A DNA stretch of 40,889 nt from Elusimicrobiota bacterium (GTDB lineage Bacteria; Elusimicrobiota; UBA8919). A program made the position numbers and the translations under genes. Each line of letters opens with the position of its first letter. The first letter of the stretch is position 1. The notes beneath the pieces are model-generated. The model was given only the letters and a program-made list of their open reading frames with translations. It was not told where the DNA came from and ran no database searches. Of this stretch, positions 19,569-27,984 are shown piece after piece. The stretch covers positions 1 to 40,889 of the forward strand of contig JBDRIG010000050.1 in the NCBI GenBank assembly GCA_043816185.1, written 5' to 3'.

Positions 19569-19915
19569 CTAATTGCCGATATGTATCATCAATTTTTTTA
19601 AATCTTCTATTGTTGCAGGTCTATATGTTAATTCATCCATTGTTTTTTATTTCCTTTTATCTTTCATAATATGCTTTATTCGGGCAATATTTGTTTCCAT
19701 AATGCTCAGTATTATTTTATGTCGCTACTATTCTATTTTTCTGTCTCTAACCCTTTTAGAAACTTCATCTACAGAATTTTCTACTATTTTTTCAAATTCG
19801 GTCGCCAAGTTGTTACCGAAATTGTGAAGTATTACAGCAAGGACAAGTGTCGTTTCTGCCAATTTTAGGTTCTCTTCTTACAGGTTCAGTAATATATGAA
19901 GTATTTTCAGAATAT
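19569..19915 (-). pseudogene. Mosaic of gene fragments (SEC-C-like motif, orphan C-terminus, nucleotidyltransferase-like N-terminus)
   Basis: Minus-strand translations EPVRREPKIGRNDTCPCC (19887-19834), ..ATEFEKIVENSVDEVSKRVRDRKIE*, and RBS + MDELTYRPATIEDLKKLMIHIGN* (19640-19569). Confidence 0.5.
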
Positions 19916-19918
19916 TTT

Positions 19919-20854
19919 CTAAATATCTTTACTTTTGTTCCACCATTCATTAAATGGCGGAAAATTTGCCGTTCTTTTTACTTCACTGTATTGTCCCCTT
20001 GCAACAGTATCGGTTGATGGTATATTATAGCATAGATTTTCTGAAATAATCCATCTATCGTGAATACCTACCTTCAATTTGTTATCAAACATAATCCGTA
20101 ATTCACACTGGACACCGTCACTTTTGAGTTCTTTCTTTAAATCTTTATACAGTGATATGAACTTTTTATCCGCCTTTTCCGACGACATTAAAATTTTAAT
20201 ACTTTTTACCTTACTGGTATTAAGTGATTCTGACAACCAATCCAACCCTGTTCTTGAAAAATATTTATCTACCCAGTAAATATATTTTTCGCAAGAACCA
20301 ATAATATCCCTGATTGCTTTTTTATTTGAATATGGTTTATCCGGAGATAATAATCTTGTTTCTGATGGTCCATGTATAACTTCAAAAATCGTTCTTATCT
20401 TTTTATCGTGTAATTCAACCGCATATTCCAATTGACTTATCTTATTAAGAATTACCCTATTTGACACTACCAATTTCCTGATATTTACAAATACCCGCAT
20501 TATACCGATATTTACCTGAATAGCTCTTTTACTGTTAAGAATACTAGAAAGCATAGCAACGCCCTGTTCTGTGAAGACATATGGTAAATAACGGTGACCA
20601 CCCCATCTTGAGGTTTCAATTTGAAACCTCAAGTTTGAGGTAACAATTTGGCACCTCAAGTTATCAAATTCTTCTTTGGTTAACTGAAACATAAAATCAT
20701 ATGGAAATCTGTCTATATTTCTTTTTACTGCAAGATTAAGTGATTTTGTTGGTACTCCATAAAGTTCAGATAAATCCCTATCCAACATTACGTTCAGACC
20801 TCTAATCAAAAATATCTTCTTCTCAATACTGTCCTGTTTAACAATGTCTGTCAT
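19919..20854 (-). CDS. ORF6N-domain DNA-binding protein with C-terminal PLD-like domain (copy 2)
   Basis: Paralogue of 13260-14207 along its length (AVKRNIDRFP, FTEQGVAMLSS, WVDKYF, IHDRWIIS, PSTDTVARGQYSE); start moved to MTDIVK behind GGAAGG. Confidence 0.9.
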   Translation of the reverse strand: MTDIVKQDSIEKKIFLIRGLNVMLDRDLSELYGVPTKSLNLAVKRNIDRFPYDFMFQLTKEEFDNLRCQIVTSNLRFQIETSRWGGHRYLPYVFTEQGVAMLSSILNSKRAIQVNIGIMRVFVNIRKLVVSNRVILNKISQLEYAVELHDKKIRTIFEVIHGPSETRLLSPDKPYSNKKAIRDIIGSCEKYIYWVDKYFSRTGLDWLSESLNTSKVKSIKILMSSEKADKKFISLYKDLKKELKSDGVQCELRIMFDNKLKVGIHDRWIISENLCYNIPSTDTVARGQYSEVKRTANFPPFNEWWNKSKDI

Positions 20855-20904
20855 TTTTTCCTTCCATCCCAAAAGCGGCCTTTTCGGTTTAATTCCGCTG
20901 GAGT

Positions 20905-21005
20905 GGCTGTCCGACAATTAGCAAAAAATGTCAAAAGACGAATATACAAGTTTGTTGGAGCGATATATTCGTTTTTCATCTAAAAATGATGGTTGTCGGC
21001 CAGCC
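20905..21005. mobile_element. MITE-like palindromic element of about 100 bp
   Basis: Terminal GGCTGTCCGACAA / TTGTCGGCCAGCC (12/13) plus inner ACGAATATA / TATATTCGT inverted repeat. Confidence 0.6.
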
Positions 21006-21049
21006 TAAATATCAATGCGGAAAGCCACAGGGAATTGCAAGTTCAAATA

Positions 21050-21628
21050 TCATAACATCTTTTTTGTCGAAGGTATTCCTCTGATTTTTTTATTGATTTT
21101 TACTGCTTGCTGGAGTGCTTTTGCAAAACCCTTAAAGACGGATTCTGCAATGTGATGATTGTTTTTCCCAGTGTGATTTTTTATGTGCAGATTTATTTCA
21201 CAAGAGTTTGAGATTGCACGGAAAAATTCGGAAAGTAAAGAATAGTCAAAGTCAACGGATTTTTCGAATCGCACATCAAAGGAAAAATACGGTCTGCCTG
21301 ATAAATCAATTGCCACATAACTTAATGCTTCATCCATTGGCAATAAAAAATTGCCGTACCTTGAAATTCCAACTTTTTTACCAAGTGCTTTTTTTATTGC
21401 TAAACCGATAACAATTCCTAAATCTTCAACAAGATGATGATTATCAACATTAGTGTCACCATACGCTTTTACATCCAAATCAACCAAAGAATGCTTTGAG
21501 AAAAGTGAAAGCATATGATCAATAAAAGGAATCGTGGTTTTTATTCTGTATTTTCCATAACCGTCCAAATTAAGTGAAAGTTCTATGTCTGTTTCTGCTG
21601 TTTTTCTTTTTATTTTTGATTTTCTCAT
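21050..21628 (-). CDS. hisB: Imidazoleglycerol-phosphate dehydratase
   Basis: RKTAETDI, DHML, DNHHLVEDLGI, PMDEAL, NNHHIAESVFK; start moved to MRKSK behind GGAGG. Confidence 0.96.
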   Translation of the reverse strand: MRKSKIKRKTAETDIELSLNLDGYGKYRIKTTIPFIDHMLSLFSKHSLVDLDVKAYGDTNVDNHHLVEDLGIVIGLAIKKALGKKVGISRYGNFLLPMDEALSYVAIDLSGRPYFSFDVRFEKSVDFDYSLLSEFFRAISNSCEINLHIKNHTGKNNHHIAESVFKGFAKALQQAVKINKKIRGIPSTKKML

Positions 21629-21668
21629 CTTTTCCTCCGCCACCCTTTGTAAGGCAAACCTTTCCTGC

Positions 21669-22823
21669 TTACACATATCTGACTCTTGTTTTAATTGATT
21701 TTGCGTGTTCAAACAACCATTCGGTTTCAGACAATTTTATTATTGAGTTTGCCGATTTTTTTAATGCCGATTTTTCATATTGAATAACCGATGATGATTT
21801 AAGAAAATCATACACAGATAAACCCGACGAAAACCTTGATGTTCCATTTGTTGGAAGAACGTGACTTGGACCTGCAAAATAGTCACCGACGGTAACTGGT
21901 GAATAATTTCCCAAAAATATTGCCCCTGCATTTTTAATTTTTTCTGCAATTTTATCAGCATTTTTAGTCATAATTTCAAGATGTTCTGGTGCAATTTCAT
22001 TTGCGATTTTTACTGCCTCTTCTATGTTGTAAGCATTTATTATTTTTACTTGGCTATTACTTTTTATTTTTTTAGATAACTGTTTTGACAAAGAAATTAG
22101 CGTTGCTTTTGCATTTTTATCATGCTCACATTGCGCCAATAGATCGGCAACAACAAATTCGGAATTAGCAGTAGCATCAGCAATTATCAAAACCTCGCTT
22201 GGACCTGCGAGCATATCAATACCAACATCCCCAAAAACTCGTCTCTTTGCTTCAGTTACAAAACTATTTCCAGGTCCAACAATTTTATCAACTTTCGGAA
22301 TTGTTTTTGTTCCGTAGGCAAGTGCGGCAATCGCTTGAACTCCACCAACACGATAAATTTCATTAACACCACAAATTTTTGCCGTCGCAATGACTTCTTT
22401 TGTTAAATTCTTCGGTGGACTAATCATTACTATTTTTTCAACTCCTGCGATTTTTGCTGGGATTGTCGTCATCAAAACTGTAGAAGGATATGAGAATTTC
22501 CCACCAGGAACATAGATACCAACTTTTTCTATCGGCTTAAAAATGTGGTTGAGTATTACTCCGTTTTTTCTGATAACTGTAGATTTCGGAAGTATTTTTT
22601 TCTGAAAATCTTCTATATTTTTTTTCGCCTGTTTAACAGCAACTAAAAAATCTTTGTCCGTATTTTTAATAGCAGAAAAAATTTCTTTCTCAGAAATCTT
22701 GAAATTTTCTGGAGCAAGTTCAATACCATCATATTTTTTCGTAAAATATGAAACAGCAACATCCCCATTTTTTTTGACTTTCTCAATTATGTCTTTTACA
22801 ATATTTTTCATATGTTTCCTCAT
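21669..22823 (-). CDS. hisD: Histidinol dehydrogenase
   Basis: GIYVPGG, GGVQAIAALAYGT, DMLAGPSE, APEHL, GDYFAGPSHVLPT; start 22823 or 22811, since the ORF-track extension runs through repeats. Confidence 0.95.
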   Translation of the reverse strand: MRKHMKNIVKDIIEKVKKNGDVAVSYFTKKYDGIELAPENFKISEKEIFSAIKNTDKDFLVAVKQAKKNIEDFQKKILPKSTVIRKNGVILNHIFKPIEKVGIYVPGGKFSYPSTVLMTTIPAKIAGVEKIVMISPPKNLTKEVIATAKICGVNEIYRVGGVQAIAALAYGTKTIPKVDKIVGPGNSFVTEAKRRVFGDVGIDMLAGPSEVLIIADATANSEFVVADLLAQCEHDKNAKATLISLSKQLSKKIKSNSQVKIINAYNIEEAVKIANEIAPEHLEIMTKNADKIAEKIKNAGAIFLGNYSPVTVGDYFAGPSHVLPTNGTSRFSSGLSVYDFLKSSSVIQYEKSALKKSANSIIKLSETEWLFEHAKSIKTRVRYV

Positions 22824-22856
22824 CGTGGCAACCAAAGTAATCTTGTTTTTTACTAA

Positions 22857-22902
22857 CGAGATTGCTTCGTTGTCCCGACGTTCGTCGTGACTCCTCGCAA
22901 TC
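22857..22902. repeat. REP-like GAGATTGCTTCG...CTCCTCGCAAT element interrupted by a MITE
   Basis: Same family as 10101-10185; its terminal CAATGAC is displaced to 23018-23024. Confidence 0.7.
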
Positions 22903-23017
22903 AGACTGTGTCGCAATGAGCTAAAAAGTTGCATTTTTATAGAAGATAGCAACTAATAGTAAAATATGGTACCACAATCCAACACTAGATGATAAAAGAT
23001 GGATTGCGACACAGTCT
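22903..23017. mobile_element. MITE, 115 bp, perfect 15-bp TIRs
   Basis: AGACTGTGTCGCAAT (22903-22917) / ATTGCGACACAGTCT (23003-23017); (C)AAT on both flanks as a probable target duplication. Confidence 0.85.
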
Positions 23018-23042
23018 CAATGACGACACGATATACTATTCC

Positions 23043-24287
23043 CTATCTTTTTATATCGGCGCCGAGTTTTTTTAGTTTGCTCACGATATTTTCATATCCA
23101 CGATCAAGATATTCGAGACCAGTTATTTTCGTCGTTTCTTTGCTTACAAGACCAGCAATTATTAGTGATGCAGCAGAACGTAAATCAGAAGCAACAACAT
23201 TTGCTCCAACAAGATTTTTCACACCTTTAATAATTGCTGAATTTCCCTTGATTTTTATATTGGCTCCCATTTTTATAAGCTCTTGCGATGTTTGAAAACG
23301 GTTTTCAAAAATTGTCTCGGTAATAATTGATTCACCAAATGCAACTGTCATCAAAGACATCCACATCGGTTGCATGTCTGTTGCAAAACCTGGATAAACC
23401 ATTGTGTCAATATCTACTGCTCTTATTTTTTTTGCACCTCTAACTATTAAACATTCATTATCTAAACACACCTTACTACCAGAAAGTTTAATTTTTTTTA
23501 TCAATGCTTCGTTATGTTCCGCAGTTGCCCCAACAATTTTTACATCACCCTCTGTTATCGCAGACGCAATTATAAATGTTCCTGTTTCAATTCTATCAGA
23601 AGTGATTTTATACTCACAGCCATGAAGTTTTTTTACTCCTGTAATTCTTAAAACTTTTGTCCCTATACCAGAAATTTTTGCTCCCATCTTTACTAAAAAA
23701 TTTGCTAAATCGGTAATTTCTGGTTCAATTGCACAGTTTTCAATAATTGTTTCACCATCTATAAGCACGGATGCCATTAGAATATTTTCAGTTGCACCAA
23801 CTGACGGAAAATCGAAAATTACTTTACCAGAAAACATTTTTTTTGACTTTATGGAAACATTTCCATGTAAAATTTTGTGTTCTGCACCAAGTTTGGAAAA
23901 TCCGTCAAGATGTATGTTTATCGGTCTTAAACCAATTGCACAGCCGCCTGGAAGCGAAATTTCCGCTTTTTTATATCTTACTAAAAGTGGACCTGCAACA
24001 AGTACCGAAGCACGCATTTTGCTTACAAGTTCATATGGCGCATCTGTACAAGTTATCCCATTTGACAAGATAGTTATTTCATTTTTTTCCCTTTTTATTT
24101 TTTTTCCAAGATGCCCTAAAAGTGCAACTGCTGTGCTAATATCTTCAAGTTGCGGGACATTCTTTATAACGCATTTATCGTCGGTTAAAAGTGTAGCAAT
24201 AAGAATGGGAAGCGCAGCATTTTTTGAGCCACTAATTTCGACAATACCAGATAATTTTCTGCCACCATTAATTACAATTTTGTCCAT
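23043..24287 (-). CDS. murA: UDP-N-acetylglucosamine 1-carboxyvinyltransferase
   Basis: SGSKNAALP, MRASV, LPGGCAIGLRP, SVGATEN, YPGFATDMQ, DRGYE. Confidence 0.97.
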   Translation of the reverse strand: MDKIVINGGRKLSGIVEISGSKNAALPILIATLLTDDKCVIKNVPQLEDISTAVALLGHLGKKIKREKNEITILSNGITCTDAPYELVSKMRASVLVAGPLLVRYKKAEISLPGGCAIGLRPINIHLDGFSKLGAEHKILHGNVSIKSKKMFSGKVIFDFPSVGATENILMASVLIDGETIIENCAIEPEITDLANFLVKMGAKISGIGTKVLRITGVKKLHGCEYKITSDRIETGTFIIASAITEGDVKIVGATAEHNEALIKKIKLSGSKVCLDNECLIVRGAKKIRAVDIDTMVYPGFATDMQPMWMSLMTVAFGESIITETIFENRFQTSQELIKMGANIKIKGNSAIIKGVKNLVGANVVASDLRSAASLIIAGLVSKETTKITGLEYLDRGYENIVSKLKKLGADIKR

Positions 24288-25137
24288 AAATTACTCTTTC
24301 TTCATTCGAATAGTCATTTTTTATTTCTACATCTTTGAAATTATTTTCTATCATATATTTTTTTACTTTTTGTGAGTGATGATAACCAATTTCAAACATA
24401 AGAAATCCATTTTTTTTTAAAAGTTTTTTGCTTAGTGGAATAATTTTTCTGTAAAAGTTCAGTCCGTCTTTTCCGCCATCTAATGCCATTTTTGGCTCAT
24501 ATTGAATTTCTTTTTGTAGTTTTTTTATTTCTGAACTTTTTATGTAAGGTGGGTTGGATATAATTAAATCGTAAGCCGTAAATTGTAATCTGTGAGTCGG
24601 ATTAAGTATGTCGCTTTGTAAAAATGTAATTCTGTCGGAAACACCGTTCATCTTTGCATTTTTTTTGGCAATCATTAGAGCATCTTTGGAAATATCGATA
24701 GCAACTATTTTTGCATTAGGAACATATTTTGCGAGAGAAACTGCTATATTTCCTGAACCTGTACCGATATCAAGAATAAAAAATGGTAGGTGGGTTCGAC
24801 GAATTCCCTGTGGAGAACATGGAAGTGAAAAACGTTTTATCGCTTCTTCAACTAAATTTTCGGTTTCTTGACGAGGAATTAGAACATTTTTATTGACATA
24901 AAATTTAAGTCCCATAAACTCTGTTTCACCAGTAATGTAAAATGTTGGTAAGCCCGATTTTTTTTTAAGCAACAATTTTTTATATAGTTCCTTTTCGTAA
25001 TTTTTGATTGTTTTATTAGATAGATAAAAGTTGGCCGATTTTAATTTCAAACAATGTTCCAATAATACTTTTGCATCACTAAAATTTTTTTTGCCCAATT
25101 GAGCCATTCCGTAATTAAAAAGTTCCAAGGTCGTCAT
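24268..25137 (-). CDS. prmC: Release factor glutamine methyltransferase
   Basis: VLIPRQETE, LDIGTGSG, SNPPY, ALDGGKDGL; follows prfA. Confidence 0.95.
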   Translation of the reverse strand: MTTLELFNYGMAQLGKKNFSDAKVLLEHCLKLKSANFYLSNKTIKNYEKELYKKLLLKKKSGLPTFYITGETEFMGLKFYVNKNVLIPRQETENLVEEAIKRFSLPCSPQGIRRTHLPFFILDIGTGSGNIAVSLAKYVPNAKIVAIDISKDALMIAKKNAKMNGVSDRITFLQSDILNPTHRLQFTAYDLIISNPPYIKSSEIKKLQKEIQYEPKMALDGGKDGLNFYRKIIPLSKKLLKKNGFLMFEIGYHHSQKVKKYMIENNFKDVEIKNDYSNEERVIYGQNCN

Positions 25138-26180
25138 AAAGATTCAATTTTTTTGAATTTTTCGACTATACCATCTAAATCGCCTTCCATTATCGCCACT
25201 ATGTTGTGAAAGTTTTCGTTAATACGATGATCAGTAATTCTATCCTGTGGAAAATTATACGTTCTAATTTTTTCACTCCTATCACCAGTTCCAACTTGTT
25301 TTTTTCTGTCATCGGCAACCTTTTGATGTTGCTGTTGTTTTATTACAGCATATATTCTGGCTTTAAGTATTTTTATCGCCTTTAATTTATTTTTTAGCTG
25401 CGATCGCTCGTCTTGGCATGCGACAACAGTGCTTGTAGGAATATGTGTAATTCTAACCGCTGAATCTGTTTTCTGAAGATATTGACCACCGTGTCCACCT
25501 GCACGATAAGTATCTATGCGCAAATCATTTGGGCTTATTTCAATATCCATATCTTCTGGCTCAACAAGTACTGCGACGGTAACAGTTGAAGTATGAACTC
25601 TGCCAGATGCCTCTGTTTCAGGAACCCTTTGAACTCTGTGAGTACCGCTTTCATACTTAAAAAATCCGTAAGCACCAACACCCTCAACAGTAAAAATAAT
25701 TTCTTTTACGCCGCCTATGCCTGTTGAGTTTAATTCCAAAACTTCTGTCTTAAAATTTTTTAGTTGTGCATAACGGGTATACATTCGATATAATTCGGAC
25801 ACAAAAAGTGCCGCCTCGTCACCACCTGCAGCCGCTCTTATTTCAATAATGATATTTTTTTTATCAATGGGATCTTTTGGTTTTAAGAGTTCTTCGAGTT
25901 CGGAAGTTAATATCTTTTTTTTACCTTCGAGTTCTGAAAGTTCCAGTTTGGCAAGTTCCATTAAGTCCAAATCATTAGTTTCTAAGATTTCGGAAAGATG
26001 GGATATTTCTTGTTCAATTTTTTTGTAATTTCTAAATTTTTCTATAAACGGAAGTAACTCTTTTCTTTTTTTTGATAGTTCGCGAACTTTCACTAGATCT
26101 GAAGTCACTAAAGGGTCGAAAAGTGATTTTTCTATTTCATTATATTCTATCTCAATAATTTTTAATTTCTCAATCATCAT
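25134..26180 (-). CDS. prfA: Peptide chain release factor 1
   Basis: EIRAAAGGDEA, HRVQRVPETE (PxT), GGQ, RTYNFPQ; start moved to MMIEKL. Confidence 0.96.
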   Translation of the reverse strand: MMIEKLKIIEIEYNEIEKSLFDPLVTSDLVKVRELSKKRKELLPFIEKFRNYKKIEQEISHLSEILETNDLDLMELAKLELSELEGKKKILTSELEELLKPKDPIDKKNIIIEIRAAAGGDEAALFVSELYRMYTRYAQLKNFKTEVLELNSTGIGGVKEIIFTVEGVGAYGFFKYESGTHRVQRVPETEASGRVHTSTVTVAVLVEPEDMDIEISPNDLRIDTYRAGGHGGQYLQKTDSAVRITHIPTSTVVACQDERSQLKNKLKAIKILKARIYAVIKQQQHQKVADDRKKQVGTGDRSEKIRTYNFPQDRITDHRINENFHNIVAIMEGDLDGIVEKFKKIESL

Positions 26181-26627
26181 AAGATATTTCTCACTATACT
26201 CGGGATACGACGACAGTGACAAGGACAAAAACAGCGATAAATTCTGCACCTTGTCGCCATAATTGGTGTTTTTATCGTCGCAATCAAATAAATTGAAAAG
26301 GCAAAGAATTCTTGATAAGAATAACTTTGCCATTACAAAAATTTTCTATAAACTTCTATGAACTATTATTCGAAGAGGTAAATAAACAATACTTTGGTCG
26401 ACCATATTTTGAGGTAATTTTAGGACGTGATGGCGAAGATATGCCTCCCGTTGTAGTATATCAAGGAGGATACGCGCAGACGGTTATCCGAGAAGGGACG
26501 GGCAATTTTAGACTACAACAACTATGAAACTCGTCGTTTGCGTATCGCAGCGGACACACCACATTCCTCGTTTTGCACCAAGATTCACTCCATCAAAATA
26601 ATGCCTATTTATCGCTTCGAATAGTAA

Positions 26628-26999
26628 CTATTTCTCTGTTGTATCTTTTGGTTTTACTTCCTTTTTGACATTTTGTCCCACATCTGATTTTTTAGCAAAA
26701 CCTTTTTTAGGTATATCCTTTGGAACTGCTTTCTTGATTTTTTTAAGCGGTTTTATTTTCATTACTACCTCTTTAGGTTTGCGTTTGATGGCTTTACCGC
26801 CAGTTGTTGAATATTTTGATAAAAATTTATCCACTCGTCCTGCTGTATCAACCAATTTTTGTTTGCCTGTAAAAAATGGATGACATTTTGAGCAAATATC
26901 AAGTTTTATTTCTGATTTTGTCGACCTTGTCGTAAAGCTGTTTCCGCATACACAAGTTACTGCACAACTCACATAATCTGGATGAATACCTTCTTTCAT
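26628..26999 (-). CDS. rpmE: 50S ribosomal protein L31 (zinc-binding type) with Lys-rich C-terminal extension
   Basis: [32 protein letters not shown], then about 55 extra residues; GAGG RBS. Confidence 0.95.
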   Translation of the reverse strand: MKEGIHPDYVSCAVTCVCGNSFTTRSTKSEIKLDICSKCHPFFTGKQKLVDTAGRVDKFLSKYSTTGGKAIKRKPKEVVMKIKPLKKIKKAVPKDIPKKGFAKKSDVGQNVKKEVKPKDTTEK

Positions 27000-27116
27000 T
27001 TTATACCTCACTTATATACGAGCAAAGATCGAATTTAAAATCCAAATTACACGAATATTGCTCGTAATATTTACGGATTTCATTATATAAAAATAAATAA
27101 AAAAGTCAACGTAAAA

Positions 27117-27980
27117 TTATTTCCCCAAATATTTTAAGGGATCAACTAATCTGCCGTATTTTCTCACCTCAAAATGGAGATGCGGCCCAGTTGAATATCC
27201 TGTTGAGCCCATCAATCCTATGGATTGCCCTGCTTTTACATATTGTCCTTTTCTTACAAGATATCGTTGGAGATGACCATATTTTGTTGAAAATTCTCTT
27301 CCATGTTTTATTACTATCGTTTTACCATAGCCTGCTTTTCTACCAACAAACATAATTTTACCATCGCAAGATGTTCTTATTGGAGCACCATTTTTTTTTG
27401 CAAGATCCAGTCCTTCGTGAAATCTCACCTCTCCAAAAATCGGATGTTTTCTTAAACCAAATTTACTAGTAATGCGAAAATTAATAACGGGCCATAAAAA
27501 ATTTGCAAAATGAATTTTCACACCAGGAATAAAAATTTTATCTCCTTTGACAATTTCTTCAAAATCTTCAAAATCATTTGCCAATAAAATTGTTTCACAA
27601 CTAACTTTATATTTTTTTGCAATTGTTTCGATTGTTTCGCCAAATTTTACCATATGAATATGCCCTTTTTTATTTATCACAAAAATTTTCTGCTTGGGCT
27701 TAACAACCACGGATTCGAGATTATTTATTCCTCTGATAGTAGAAACATCCATGCCATATTCTTTCGCAATTGATTTTATAGACTCACCCTCTCCAATAAT
27801 ATGAGTTAAAATTATTGGCTCATCAAGCTGTCTAAAATATTTACAATCCAATGGTTGTGATTTTAGGTTAGTAAGTAAAAGATCATCGTGAGAAGGTTTT
27901 TTTAGCAATGCTGTAAGATTAAACGCAATAACACTATTTAATAAAGTAGCGTTGCATAAAATTTTATAAAAAGTTTTCAT
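27117..27980 (-). CDS. LysM x2 - M23 family peptidase
   Basis: Two LysM repeats, HEGLD, YGHL, STGPHLHFE. Confidence 0.93.
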   Translation of the reverse strand: MKTFYKILCNATLLNSVIAFNLTALLKKPSHDDLLLTNLKSQPLDCKYFRQLDEPIILTHIIGEGESIKSIAKEYGMDVSTIRGINNLESVVVKPKQKIFVINKKGHIHMVKFGETIETIAKKYKVSCETILLANDFEDFEEIVKGDKIFIPGVKIHFANFLWPVINFRITSKFGLRKHPIFGEVRFHEGLDLAKKNGAPIRTSCDGKIMFVGRKAGYGKTIVIKHGREFSTKYGHLQRYLVRKGQYVKAGQSIGLMGSTGYSTGPHLHFEVRKYGRLVDPLKYLGK

Positions 27981-27984
27981 TTTT

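Noticed and set aside
19520-19575. Duplicate of the hisB 3' end analogous to the trpG tail
   Set aside because: Only patchy AT-rich similarity (AAAAAA.GATGT..ATTTGAA) that does not preserve the reading frame
13260-20854. Diversity-generating retroelement TR/VR pair or prophage
   Set aside because: No reverse transcriptase, differences are not adenine-specific, and no phage structural or integrase genes are present
20860-21045. Integron attC site
   Set aside because: No convincing RYYYAAC/GTTRRRY core pair and no integron integrase in the window
22824-22952. N-terminal extension of HisD (likewise PrfA 26181-26333, ORF6N 14208-14297 and 20855-20917)
   Set aside because: These run through repeats, intergenic DNA or the upstream gene; downstream ATGs fit family N-termini or RBS/overlap positions better
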